Source of the DNA: Eledone cirrhosa
Lineage: Eukaryota
Reading direction: 5' to 3'
DNA length: 64,000 nucleotides
Assembly (NCBI GenBank): GCA_964016885.1
Contig: OZ024742.1
Coordinates: 44,144,001 to 44,208,000 of the forward strand
Made by a program: the position numbers and the translations under genes. Position 1 is the stretch's first letter. The number at the start of each line of letters is the position of its first letter. This document shows, in pieces, positions 42,670 through 55,779 of the stretch. The notes below the pieces were generated by a model. The model was not told the DNA's origin. It was given only the letters and a program-made list of their open reading frames with translations, and did no database searches.

Positions 42670-45600
42670 CATATAGGTGAGCTATGAGGCCCTCTTACCA
42701 GCACTTTCCCTTCCACCCACACACGCCAGCCACCCACCCCTGATGCCGCTCGGTGCCCCAGTCCCCGGTCCCACGCCCCATCCACCACCCCTCCAAGCCA
42801 ACACCTGCAGCACCACTAACAGATGGAAGAGGGGCCGGAACTGGTTGGGGTGCGGCTGCTTCCACCACCTCACCTGCGTTGGCTTGACTCGTCGAGCTTC
42901 CAATGCCCTCGCAGCGTGGAGGTGAGGAGCTGCCTCTTCCCCACGTCTTCCCAACCACGGCCGTCTGGCACACCACCGGATGGGATAGCGAGCTTGCCTG
43001 ACGCCCGAGCCTCGCTGGTCAACATCGCTCAGCTCAGGTGGCTCCGGAAGATCCCACTCAGAATCCCGAAAGCGGCACGGGTGCCGGTAGCCGATACCCT
43101 CACTTCCTCGATTGAGAGCGCCCTGGACTCCAATCGAGCCAGTGACTGGGAGCAGCTGTTCTATTTCGCCCCACTCACCCTCAGCCTCCCCAGCTCTGGC
43201 GCTGACCGGGGCGGTTGGTCAACGGCAGCCTTCGTCAAGGCCAATGTCTCGTCCTTTGGGCGAGCGCCCATTCCAAGCGTGCCCAGAGACGTCACACACC
43301 CCACCCTCAGGTACCCCTTATCCTCCACCTCCGAGGCCAGCGCCAAGCATTTGCGTGACCAGATAAACACCAAGCTTATCATGGGTGATGTCTCGGCCGC
43401 AGTCAGAGTTGTTGCCTCAGAGGACACTGTCCTCCAACCCACCGAGGAGGTTCTGGCTGCTCTGCGGCTCAAACACCCTGAGCCACCCACTGATCTCAGA
43501 TCGATACCCCACCCGACCCCCACTTGCTCCTTGTGGCTACTGATGCAGACATCATGTCCACCATCAGGTCCTTCCCAGCTAGCAGCTGCGGAGGTGTTGA
43601 TGGTCTCCGACCAGGCCACCGCAAGGAGTTGACATCCTCCCTCTCCGCTGAGGCCGGGTGCTGCCTTCTGAGTGCAATTGTGGCGCTCACCAATAGGCTC
43701 ATCCATGGTGCCCTGGACCCTTACGCCTGAGGCCTCTTTTTTTCGGCCAGCCTCACCGCTCTCAGGAAGAAAGAGGGTGGCATACACCCCATTGCTGTGG
43801 GCAATGTCTTCCGGAGGCTGGCTGCCAAGGTGATCTGCAAGTCCGTAACACACGAACTGGGTGAGGAGTTTAGTCCGGTGCAACTAGGTGTTGGCGTGTC
43901 CGGTGGCTGTGAGGGGGCCGCTCATGCAACCAGACAATTCTTCAACAGCTGCCTATTGGAACCGGCATCCAGGGACTCCAGGCACCTCAAACTTGACAAG
44001 AGGAATGCTTTCAACTCTTTACGCTGGGATCATCTGCTTGAGGCCTGCCTCAGCCGAGCCCCCCTCTGCCTACCCGCTGGCCTACCTGTCATGGAGCCCC
44101 GAGCATGCTCCTTGCTGCTGATACGGTCATACCCTCGGCTACTGTGGGATTTGGAGGCCGCACGAAAACAAGCAAGGCGGTGCTGGTTGAGCTGGCGCGT
44201 GAGCCTGTCTGAGTCCAGGCTGCACTGGATGTCATCCCAAGTGCGTTGGCGGGACTTGACGTCAATAGGGGAGAAGGAGGAGGGACGTCTACTGAGCTAA
44301 GTCCCAGCTGCTCCCACGTCTCACAGGCGGCCTCACGTTCTCTGAAAACAGAGGGTTCTGTTGTGTTTTGAAGAACCCTGCTGACGAGGACGCGGCACGA
44401 GGTTACCGACGAAAGATACGCCGGAAAAGCTAGTGGCCTGTTGCCACCCTATGTCGTCAAACTTGATGTTGCATGTCCCCTCAGCTGCTGCTCGGATACA
44501 AGTATCGAGGTTAGCAAGGAGAGATGTCTGGGTGTAGCATGGAGTGCTGCGGAATGTATAGAGGAGCTTCGGCATGGCGAAGCAGTTCCTCAGCAGAAAG
44601 AGAGCTGGGTGGCCGTCAATTAAGCCCAGTCGGCTCGTGAGAGTCTGGAGCTGTTGAAGCCTGGACCTGATGGTGGAGCGGATGGCCGGTGGGTGGATCG
44701 GTGACCCGAGGATGAGGACATCTTCTTTGGGGGTCACCTGAGCCTGGCGGAGAATGGGGGTCACCTGAGCCTGACGAGACATGTCCAAGACGGAGGCTGC
44801 AAAGCTCGCAGCATCGAGGCTGACGTTCACCACCTCTGACTTGGCCGAGTTGACCGGGAGGCCGATTCCCGCCAGGGCAGGAACCACCGATTGAAGGTCA
44901 TGGCAGACCATCCGTGCGGGCCCGCCCAACGTAGCATCATCCAGATACCAAACGTTGAGAGGGGCCGTGATACTCTGGGCGATGTGGTCAATACCAAAGG
45001 CGAACAGGAGGGGTCCCAAAGGGTCGCCCTGTTGGACCCCAGTAGTCGAGGGTATGACCGTATCAGCAGCAAGGAGCATGCTCGAGGCTCCATATGACAG
45101 TAGGCAGAGGGGGCTCGGCTACCACCTTGCTTGTTTTCGTGCGGCCTCCAAACCCCACAGTGGTGCCTGGCTCTATGCCCTGCCCTCCCTCCCCACTGGC
45201 ACGCAGCTAGACAACCATAGCCTGCGAATCGGCGTTTCCCTGAGGCTCCGCCTCCGGATCTGCCAGCCACACCAATGTCGCTACGGTTCCACCGTGGACT
45301 CTTTCAGCCTCCACCCGCTTTCCTGTCGCCACAGTGCCGGCCGCATTCCACGCCATGCTGCCTTCAATGAGGTCATTAAGCATGGCTTGGATGCTGCAGG
45401 CTTCCCTTCCCAGCTCGAGCCAGTGTGGCTGGATCGAGGGGACGGTAAAAGGCCAGATGGCATGACCATCTTCCCGTTCCGTCTGGGATGCCACTTGCAC
45501 CGACACTTTCTGCAGCCGCAACCTGGTGCAGTCTGCGACTGACCCAGGTTCTGCTGCACGTCGGGTTGAGGTGGCCAAACTCCTCAAGTACCGGTCGCTC

Positions 45601-45850
45601 TCCGACAGGTTTGCGGTCTTACCCCTGGCAGTGGAGACTTATGGTGTCCCCGTCCCCAGGGCTACATCCTTACTCACCACCATAGGCGCTGAGCTAGCCA
45701 GCTGCAGGTGTGAGCCCTGCGAGTTGGAGTGGCTTTTCCAGCGCGTCTCCCTTGCCGTCCTCCGGGGAAACGCATTCTCTATTTTGTCCGCCGGGGCTGT
45801 GGGTGGGCCCCATCGCGTACAGTTGTAGTTGTTGTATACATATATTAACT
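42670..45850 (+). mobile_element. CRE-clade non-LTR retrotransposon (RT plus restriction-like endonuclease), decayed, with internal inversion
   Basis: RIPKAAR, LRLKHP, GGVDGLRPGH, PIAVGNVFRRLAAK, QLGVGVSGGCE, KLD..NAFNSL on +; GVQQGDPLGPLLF and WYLDDATLGG on -; SGAWL, CCHC-like HPLSC, GDGKRPDG and QRVSLAVLRGNA on +. GC-rich island. Confidence 0.85.
44141..45120 (-). other. Inverted segment of the CRE element
   Basis: The RT core reads on - between two + parts of the same ORF; both breakpoints are duplicated. Confidence 0.88.
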
Positions 45851-46074
45851 CATCAATCCCATTGTCCTAATTGTATGAAAATAATGATATATATATATTG
45901 GGAAATATTTATATCACTGACGCTATTCCTGTTGATTACCCCTGTGCATCTACATATGAATTCTTCTCTTCCTGTTAGTCTGACCGTTATTCCACTATAT
46001 CTGTTGTGTACCGAAGATATACATTGTATATATCCTATGGAGTTTATGTCAACACCTTTTCTACACCTTTAACA

Positions 46075-48060
46075 GAGTCACTTCCCTGAAGGAATCGGAG
46101 TCCTGTCTCTTTGGGGTTGGTTAAGTTTACTCTCATCTCTTTTGATTCCAAATTCTATTTCCATTTCCATAGCCAGAACTTATTCCCTAGTTCTTTTATG
46201 GGTTCAGCCATAAGGACCAGACCATCTACATACAAAGGTTCCCATGGATAGTCTTGAACTCCTCTGGAGAACTATAATGAACAGCAGTGGGCTGAAAACC
46301 GAACCCTGATGAACTCCTACCGCCACCATGAATTCCTCATTATACTCACTTCCTACTCTCACTTTACTGACAGCTCCTCCGTACATGGCTTGCACTGCTC
46401 TCACCTAATTTCCTTAAGGACCACCAGAAAACAGTGAGGTACTCTGTCAAAGGCCTTTTCTAGATCAACAAAAGCTAAATACAGTGACTTATTCTTGGTT
46501 TTGAACTTCTCTTGTAGTTACCTCACCAAGAAGAGGGCATCTATAGTACTTTTCCCAGGCACAAAACCAAGCTGCATCTTATCTGATTTGACTCTTTCCT
46601 TAATTAGCTGTACTATAACTCTTTGTCACTTTCATAACTTGGTCCATTAGTTTTATTCCTCTGTAGTTGCTCCTTTCTAGAGCATCACTTTACCTTAGTA
46701 GCAATTTATGATTGACTATGCAGGTTATGAGTTTGTCCCCTACTTCTCCCAATGCTTTCAGCTTCTCTGCAACTATCAATGGTTGTCTCACAGCTTTACC
46801 ATTCTTCATCTTGATTGCTTCTTTGGTCCAGTAACTGCCAATTTCAATAGCTGGTTCCTCTGTTGGGTAAGTAGGGGGTAGTCTCTCTTCCTCCCAGTCA
46901 TTCTCTGCATTCATTAGTCTCTCATAGTAACATTTCCAGGCTTCATTCTTTTGAGCACCAGTGTCATTTTAAACACACTTTTCCCCAACTATCTCCCAAT
47001 TCACACTGACACACTGTCTTGTACTGCATAACACTTTACGCCGCTGATCCTCATGTCGCAAGACATTGGCAAAGTATATATACCTGTTGTCTAGCTTCTT
47101 TCTTAGCTACCTGGTACTACTCTCTGCTACATCTATTTTTCCAGTCTTCCTTGTTTCTTGGCTTTAAAATCTCTATTCACTGTGCTGTTCCACCACCAAG
47201 TAATGCTCTGTATTGTGGCTGGATCAAAGCACCAGCCACAAGTTTCATCAGTAGCTTGTCATGTAAAGATTTCCAATTATCCTCTGTTATATGAATCTAA
47301 CTCATCTCCCATTTCATCAAATGCATCCCCTAAACCTATATTTAACCAAACGGTCCTTTAGCTTCCAAACCCTCTGTCTTCCTATTTTCCTGCATATCTT
47401 GTTCTATCTTGGTTTTATCTTGATGTCACTAATAACTAACTTATGTTGGGCGGCACATTCTTCTCCAGGGAAGGCCTTAGCATTTATTACAGTTCGTTTA
47501 TCTTGTCTTACAACTAAGAAATCAATCTGGCTTGTGTTTTCGCCTGATTGGTTTAGATCAGATGGCTGGCAAATTTCCTGAAATTTGTGTTGCAAATGGT
47601 TCATTTGCATTACAGAATTTCTTGAACCATAACCATAGTTCTGTGAACTCCTGTGAATCCACCCTGGTACAGTCTAACATGTTCATTGAAGTTGCCTGCT
47701 AAGATAATGAGGTCTCTTTCATCAGTAATTGAGGTTGTCTGTAAAAGTTCTTTATAGAACTGATCCTTTAGTTCTTTACTCAATCCTGCCTGTAGTTTAT
47801 AGATAGTTGTGATTGTCACCATTCTATTTCTAAGCTTGATAATTCTGTCACTCTAACTACCTCTATCATCTTATCTATCCATTTTCAGCTAGTAGAATGC
47901 CTCCATCACCTATCCCATCGTCATTTCCTACCTAGAAAAGTTTGTTTCTATATTGTTTGCTTGTGAGTATTGTTGTTGAGGCACCCTTCCATTTCACTTC
48001 TTGTACATAGCATACATCAACTTCTCTCCTCTCTAACAGCTCCACAATTTCACCTAATTG
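46075..48060 (-). mobile_element. Old degenerate RTE LINE (endonuclease plus RT)
   Basis: VGVHQGSVFSPLLF, SQIDFLVVR, ECAAQHKL, LIILAGNFNEHV; many stops and frameshifts. Confidence 0.9.
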
Positions 48061-48534
48061 AGATGTGTAACTTGACAGTTGGTTCCTTGAGTTCTTTGTA
48101 CCTGGAAGGAAAAAATGCTGTGCGATTGCTTGATGACTGTTGAGGGGTTCTCGTACATGGCTACTCTATCCACCCCGCTGCTGTTTGCAGTACTAACATG
48201 ACTAGTGTTAGTCCTGTATATGCAATTAGTGTGAATCTTATGTGTTGTGCTTTCCATAATTTTGGCATGTTTTTTTCTGGCTAGATGCCCTTCCTATCAC
48301 CAACCACTTTATAGCGTGGACTAGGTGCATTATTTGTGCCACTATCACTAGAGAGGTTGTCTTACTAGACTCAAGAGTCCTCTCCACCATATATCAGTTT
48401 TTATTCAGTGTCCACTCTCTAGACAGGTTGCCTTCACTACGGCTAATGGGTATGTATGTATATAAATATACATATGGCTATGTGTATGTACATGCATATA
48501 TATATATATATATATATATAGATATAGATATGTG

Positions 48535-48760
48535 CAGGTGCGTGGCTTAGTGGTTAGAGCATTGAGCTCACAATTGTAAGGTTGTGAGTCCGAACTGGGC
48601 ATGCATTGTGTTCTTGAGCAAGACACTTTATTTCATGTTGCCCCAGTACACTTAACTGTAGAAATGAGTATTTGGTGCCAAGTTGTATCGGTCATTGCCT
48701 TTCCCTTGGACAACATCGATGGCATGGAGAGGGCAGACGGGTATGTATGGGCGACTGCTA
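48535..48760 (+). mobile_element. tRNA-CORE SINE with a different (non-RTE) 3' part
   Basis: GTGGCTTAGTGGTTAGAGCATT...TTCTTGAGCAAGACACTTTATTTCA...CTGTAGAAATGAG; diverges from 40151-40488 after the core. Confidence 0.75.
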
Positions 48761-48763
48761 GTC

Positions 48764-48764
<1 letters not shown>

Positions 48765-48798
<34 letters not shown>

Positions 48799-48863
48799 GT
48801 GTGTGTGTGTGTAAGTGTATGTATATGTGTGTGTATATATATATATGTGTGTGTGTGTATATA

Positions 48864-48906
<43 letters not shown>

Positions 48907-50345
48907 ATATATGTGTGTGTGTGTATATATATGTATATGGATGTGTGTATATATATGTGTGTGTATATATATATATGTATATGGATGTGTGTATATATAT
49001 GTGTGTGTATATATATATATATGTATATGGATGTGTATGTGTGTGTATATATATATGGATGTGTATGTGTGTATATATGTATATGGATGTGTATGTGTGT
49101 GTATATATGTGTGTGTATATATATGTATGTGTATGTGTGTATATATATATATGTATGTGTATGTGTGTATATATATATATATGTGGATGTGTATGTGTGT
49201 ATATATATGTATATGGATGTGTATGTGTATATATGTGTGTGTGTGTATATATATATATATGTGTGTGTGTGTGTATATATATATATGTGTGTGTGTGTAT
49301 GTGTGTATATATATGGATGTGTATGTGTGTATATATATATATGGATGTGTATATATATATATGGATGTGTGTGTATATATATGGATGTGTGTATATATAT
49401 ATGGATGTGTATGTGTGTATATATATATATATATGGATGTGTATGTGTGTATATATATATATATATGGATGTGTATGTGTGTATATATATATATGGATGT
49501 GTATGTGTATATATATATATGGATGTGTATGTGTATATGTATATATGGATGTGTATGTATATATATATGGATGTGTATGTATATATATATGAATGTGTAT
49601 GTATATATATATGAATGTGTATGTATATATATATGAATGTGTATGTATATATATATGAATGTGTATGTATATATATATGGATGTGTATGTATATATATAT
49701 GGATGTGTATGTGTATATATATATATGGATGTGTATGTGTGTATATATATATATATGGATGTGTATGTGTGTATATATATATATATATGGATGTGTATGT
49801 GTGTATATATATATATGGATGTGTATGTGTGTATATATATATATGGATGTGTATGTGTGTATATATATATATGGATGTGTATGTGTGTATATATATATAT
49901 GGATGTGTATGTGTGTATATATATATATGGATGTGTATGTGTGTATATATATATATGGATGTGTATGTGTGTATATATATATATGGATGTGTATGTGTGT
50001 ATATATATTTGTATGTGTATATATATATATGGATATGTGTATGCATATATATATGGATATGTGTATGCATATATATATATATGGATATATATGTGTGTGT
50101 GGGTATGTATATATTTATATATGTTTGTTTATGTAGATTTGCATATAAATATATGTGGGTATGTATATATTTATATATGTTTGTTTATGTAGATTTGCAT
50201 ATAAATATATGTGTGGGTATATATATATATATATATGTTTGTTTATGTAGGTTTACATAAAAATATATATGTGTGTGTGTGTGTATATATATATATCATC
50301 ATTTTACGTCCGCTTTTCCCTGCTTGCAAGGGTATATATGTGTGC

Positions 50346-50420
<75 letters not shown>
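48765..50420. repeat. (TA)/(TG) array with a higher-order ~22-24 bp unit ATATATATGGATGTGTATGTGTGT
   Basis: Direct reading. Confidence 0.95.
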
Positions 50421-50421
<1 letters not shown>

Positions 50422-51309
50422 CCGTGTAGTGTGTGTATAGACATATAGATATTCATGCTTCAGACACATTCATACACAACATATATAATGTGCATTTATA
50501 ATTTCTAGAATTATGTATGTAGAATATATACGTGCAGCAGACGTAGACATAAACTAGTGTATAATACATTTTATAATCTTTATTATATATATAGCAAAGA
50601 ATAAGGTTGGTGCCTTCGATAAGCTTGTAAAAGATATTGAATGAATTTGCTTCAGTCGATATTCCATTTTAGATGCCTCTATATACATTTTTATACATAT
50701 ACACACATTTATATAACTGGAACATTTACATCATAATAATATATGTTGTCTATTTGTCTGTCACTGTCTCTCTCTTACACTCTCTCTTTCTCTATAGATA
50801 TGTATGTGTATATATATATGTCTGTGTGGATATGTATGTGTATATATATATGTCTGTGTGGTTGCCTCTTAGCTTGTAATTTACGAATGTTCTTATACAA
50901 ACATGCACCTGTATAAGCTTAGATTTTATGCATATCATATCCATTGCATATGAATGTATTTGTGTGTGTGTGTATATATGTATGTACTATATATTTGTAA
51001 ACAATACACAAATCTCACTATAGTTTAAATAACCTCACCAATCCGCAATTGGCTAAGGGTAGAGAGTACGGCTGCAACGCTGACATGACCAAAACCAGAG
51101 AGCGGTGGAGGTCAACCAGGGAGGGGTTCCTCCAACAGGAAGGAGTGAGAAGGGCCTGGATTGGATTGGACACTATTGCGTGAATTGCATGCATTTACTA
51201 GTTATATATATAATACTGTATATATATGTGTGTACAGAACAAAATCATGTTGTTTGATCAGTGGGTAATCACGAAACTCAGAGTTGCAACAGTGAGTAAT
51301 CTCTAATAT

Positions 51310-51470
51310 AATTGTTTCTACTTTTGGCACAAGGCCAGCAATTATCTCACTGCATTACTGGTACTTTGTTTTATCGACCTCGTAAGGATGAAAGGCAAAG
51401 TTGACCTCGGCGGGATTTGAACTCACATCATAAAGGGCCGTAACTCTATGCTGCAAAGCATGGTGTCCAA
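51310..51470 (-). mobile_element. Meta-domain SINE
   Basis: Reverse complement of 5183-5365. Confidence 0.85.
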
Positions 51471-51511
51471 CAACACTGTTTCATCTTTTTTGGCAAACTC
51501 AAACGTGTATG

Positions 51512-51552
<41 letters not shown>

Positions 51553-51732
51553 ATATTAATAAATGGAAACTATATTTATAAAACCATACTTATTTTATTA
51601 TATATATTTCAAGGGCGACCAAGGTAAATTATAGTGCGCTTTCATCAGATAAAATACAGATTTGTTTTATAAATAAATATTGACATACCCGGAAAAAAAG
51701 ACAACCTCAACGGTTGAAATTTTCTCTTTCTC

Positions 51733-51800
<68 letters not shown>

Positions 51801-51905
51801 ATAAATCAAATGAATTTAATCTAAATCAAAATTATGGGTGACATGCGCCAGATGACCCGCAAAATAAGCTCTAAGATTCTAACGAGTAGGTCCGAGCATT
51901 TTATA

Positions 51906-52267
51906 ATAACTAGAAATTGATTAACATATAAATAAACATGAATAATCACAGGAGATAATTTTTACAAGTGTGTAACCACACATAGCTAGGTAGGTAACTA
52001 AATAAAGTTGACCAGAACTTCTTCCTGGAACTTCTTCCTTGTTGAAAATCCAAGTCTCCACTTCTGTGGTTTACCATCCGATTAATTGGTGAAATATATT
52101 TCTTTAATGGAATATATACAGGGAAGATTAATCATATTATAAGGTATCTATTTTTGAAGTTCTGGTCAACTTTATTTAGTTACCTACCTAGCTATGTGTG
52201 GTTACACACTTGTAAAAATTATCTCCTGTGATTATTCATGTTTATTTATATGTTAATCAATTTCTAG

Positions 52268-52271
<4 letters not shown>
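51906..52271. repeat. Perfect 116-bp inverted repeat with 134-bp spacer
   Basis: 51906-52021 and 52156-52271; abuts (TA)n. Confidence 0.92.
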
Positions 52272-52326
<55 letters not shown>

Positions 52327-52384
52327 GAGAGAAAGATAGATCAGAGTAAGAAAAGAACGAAATTGGGAAAATAATCTTTTCTTT

Positions 52385-53055
52385 ATTTTTCATTCTATCT
52401 TCCAATGATGAACACTAACGTCCGAAACGTTATGACTCTTTGGCTACTATATCAAGCATTAAACTAATGTATATCATCATTGCACTCTATTGTTCTCCCG
52501 TGATGTTTTTAATTGTTGACTTTACACATAAGAAAAATTAATTAGGAAACCAAAAGAAGGGAACGATACACTACAACGGTTATGAATGTTAGTTTAACGT
52601 TCGGCATGGTAGGAAAAAAGACAACGTTTCGGACGTTAGTTAGTTCATCATTGGAAGATAGAATGAGAAATTAAAAAAAAATATTTGTTAGTCTTTCATC
52701 AGAAAATAGAATAAGAGATAGAAGAAAAAGGGAGACAAAAGTAAAAAGCGGAAGAAATGGGGGTAAAAAGTTTATGCACATCATGACACAGTTTGGGGTT
52801 AATTGGAGCGATACAAATATATAGTTGTATTTATTACTATCACCTAGTACTGGGTCTTTGTATTTGCTTGTGTTAGATCCAGCAATTATATTATATGAAT
52901 TCTCTCCCAGGCCGAAATCGGGAAAAGGAATTGTGTCTGAAATGTGTAAATCTTTCAAGCATTCATATGTGGATCTATCAATATATACATATCAAGCGTT
53001 AAACTAATATATTTCTTCATTGTACTGTTGTTTGCTATGTTGTTTCCGTTTTTTG
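52385..53055. mobile_element. Tail-to-tail PLE-like termini with variant hammerhead cores
   Basis: CATTCTATCTTCCAATGATGAAC..CTAACGTCCGAAACGTT on + (52391-52431) and on - (52623-52666); third tail at 52985-53055. Confidence 0.6.
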
Positions 53056-53094
53056 CATATATATATATATATATATACATACATACATCTTCAC

Positions 53095-53900
53095 CAAGCG
53101 GGACCATTTAAGCTCATTGATGTTATCCAACCATCTTCCTTGAGGTCTATCCTTGGATCTCTTGCCGGTTGGTTTTGCCTGTAAAATCTGTCCAATGATT
53201 CTTTCCTGAGACATTCTAATCACATGTCTGTAATATCGCTGTGATTTCTCAATTCTGAGAAGTAGTAGCTCTACCTGGAGTGACTCTGATCTCTGAGCTA
53301 GCCACTCTATCGAGTAACCTTTCTCCAAAGACTCTTTGGAAGAACTCCATTTCGGCTACTTGTATTTGCTATCGTCTTCTTTCGGCCATTGAGTTGGCAT
53401 GAATACTGAATATGAGTTCGGCTTTTATATTTACCTGCCTTATTCTGATGATTGAATGCTCAAGCTGATGCATTACTGTACCAGCTCCTGGAATTCTTGC
53501 ACTTAATTCAGTCTCCTGCCTTCCATCAGTCATGAACATGGCCCCAAGATACTTGAACCTCTCCACTTGCTTCAGTGGAACGCCACTCACATGTGGAGTG
53601 CACTGCACAAGTTTCATTGAGAGAACAAGTGACCCAGTCTTTGTAGCACTGATTTTCATTCCAGTTATGCAGCAATCAGCAGTAAACCTATCAAGTGCAT
53701 GTCGGAGATCACCATCTGACCAGTTAAGTTATATGTTGTCCGCAAATTCCAGCCGACTGATTCTACACTCACCAGTCTCGATACCACTTCCAACCCAACT
53801 GTGCATATCGATTCTGTCCATGAAGATTATGAACAGGTGTGTTAACACTATGCATCCTTTGGAGAGTCTGACACCCACATTGAATGCTTTCTACTTTAGC
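53095..53900 (-). mobile_element. Degenerate RTE LINE
   Basis: MKISATKT...VERFKYLGAMF; LRIEKSQRYYRHVIRM...PTGKRSKDRPQGRWLD. Confidence 0.85.
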
Positions 53901-53902
53901 AC

Positions 53903-53949
<47 letters not shown>

Positions 53950-54465
53950 ACACACACACACCGTTTAATGCCATCTTCTTTATAGGGCTTAATTGTAAGG
54001 CTTACGACAGGCTTCATACTCATCAATGGGGTTCTTTTTGAGGCTATGTTTTACGGTCAGATGCCCTAGTTCATATTAACCCATTATAAGAGTCGCCTCT
54101 TATAATACACAAGGATACGGTGTACCTCTTCTAAACTGGATATGATTTAAGATAAATTTAGATAACTGAAGATATAATTACAGTTTTTTTTTAAACCACA
54201 CTCTTTCCAGTATTTCCTCTCTATGCAGGAAAAATATAGATTATCTTTATGCATTTCAGAAATTGTCTCATTTTCAGAAGATAACTACTTCTATTATTCT
54301 GTCTTCAAAGGGATCTTTCATATAGACTAAGAATACACTCACCGTATCTCTGTGCCGTATAAGGCATCTGACCATAAGATACGGACTCAGAAACCCACCA
54401 GTGTTAATCTTTTGTGATAAAATTCATTCCAGCTTGTACTATCTTGCCTTTGTTTTTCATTACAG

Positions 54466-54521
54466 TAGGGTGCATGATTTGGGGGAGATATATCAACTAT
54501 TTCCAGCAAGTTGTAACTACT
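54466..54521 (+). CDS. Candidate exon 2 of the + gene ((V)GCMIWGRYINYFQQVVTT)
   Basis: Strong acceptor CTTGCCTTTGTTTTTCATTACAG|; open in phase 1, matching exon 33960-34035; donor |GTATGC in phase 0. Confidence 0.45.
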
Positions 54522-54959
54522 GTATGCTTATACATATATCTATCGTTTGCTCACATCTTCATTCTCTCTCTGTTGTGTTTACATTTGTCGTAAGTCCCAC
54601 ATAGAATTAATGTTTTTATACTCTTTTCTCTCTTACATTTATCTTTCTGTTTTCCTCTCTTAGTTGAACGGTTGCCAATTATGGTTACATAATTTGATCC
54701 AAGCATCATTTTTGTGTAATTCCTGTGACAACACATGATTTTATAATTGTTTCCAATATTTTTATGACTGATTGTTGAACAGCTTTGGGCAAAGATGACA
54801 GTCGGCTTTTGTTGAATATAGGATTAACAAAACATATGACAGACATGTTTTATTTTAACATTAATACATACACATGTACACACACACACACACACAGCCC
54901 ACGGGAAGTTATTGTTGTAAACAAATCATACGGCTTAAAATAATATGAAGTATCCTTAA

Positions 54960-55161
54960 CCTTTTTGATAGCGAACTGCCCCTTATCCTACGACATAAAA
55001 CTGTTTTCTTTAATTTATTTATATCTAAATATGTAAGAATCTTTGAAAAGTATCAAACAGCACAATGTTTGCATCATATCAAAACTGGAAGTCTTTCCTG
55101 TAATACTGAAAAAAGCACCTTTTTAGATATTTTCTACCAAATCATTACAGCGTGTCAAGAG
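54960..55161. mobile_element. Possible TTAA-flanked (piggyBac-like) MITE
   Basis: TTAA|CCTTTTTGATA ... TGTCAAGAG|TTAA; related pieces near 3790-3850, 18120, 19555-19618 and 55297. Confidence 0.35.
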
Positions 55162-55651
55162 TTAAATCTGTACAAATCCCTGATTATTTTGAAAATTACT
55201 GGCACTACTTTAATTAGAAATATAGTAAGAAAACCTTTCCATACATCTTTGAAAAAAAAAAGCTTTTCCACTTATGGATCACAATGTGTTTGAGGATAAC
55301 CCTTTTGATATCAAACCACCCAAAATCTTCTCTATGTACTTCAGTGGAACAATGCTATCTTTATTAAATGGTTCCGATTTACATTAAAATCAAACATAAT
55401 TTTGTATGTGAACCTTTTATTATGTTAGTAATATCATCCTAATAACTGAAATAACTTGAGTATATCCCTCCAAATTCTTCAGTAATGAATTCAAATATAG
55501 TATATTTTATTAGAAATATACTAACGAAAAGATCAAGACATGAGTCAGTTTATATTTTACTGTTGTGAAACCCATCTTTATTTGCGAGACTGTGAAACCC
55601 ATCTTTATGTGAGACTGACACCACATAATTTGGATTAGTTGATATTATTAG

Positions 55652-55702
55652 AGTGGTCTCTTTCGCATCATGTTTTTCGATTCTACACACCCCCAACAGG
55701 AA
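55652..55702 (+). CDS. Candidate exon 3 of the + gene (SGLFRIMFFDSTHPQQE)
   Basis: TTATTAG| acceptor, 51 nt open in phase 0-0, consensus donor |GTAAGT. Confidence 0.45.
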
Positions 55703-55779
55703 GTAAGTTATGTTTTCTAATTGCAACAATAATCTCAGGTGATTGAAGTGATATCTGCCACTGCTAGCTGCAAAAGGGT

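Noticed and set aside
42670-45850. Bacterial contamination or group II intron RT
   Set aside because: YLDD RT plus CCHC and PD endonuclease motifs fit CRE; it is decayed, and a second fragment is integrated at 19763-19895.
52671-52958. GIY-YIG endonuclease C-terminus next to the PLE-like terminus
   Set aside because: No recognisable motif in any frame by eye.
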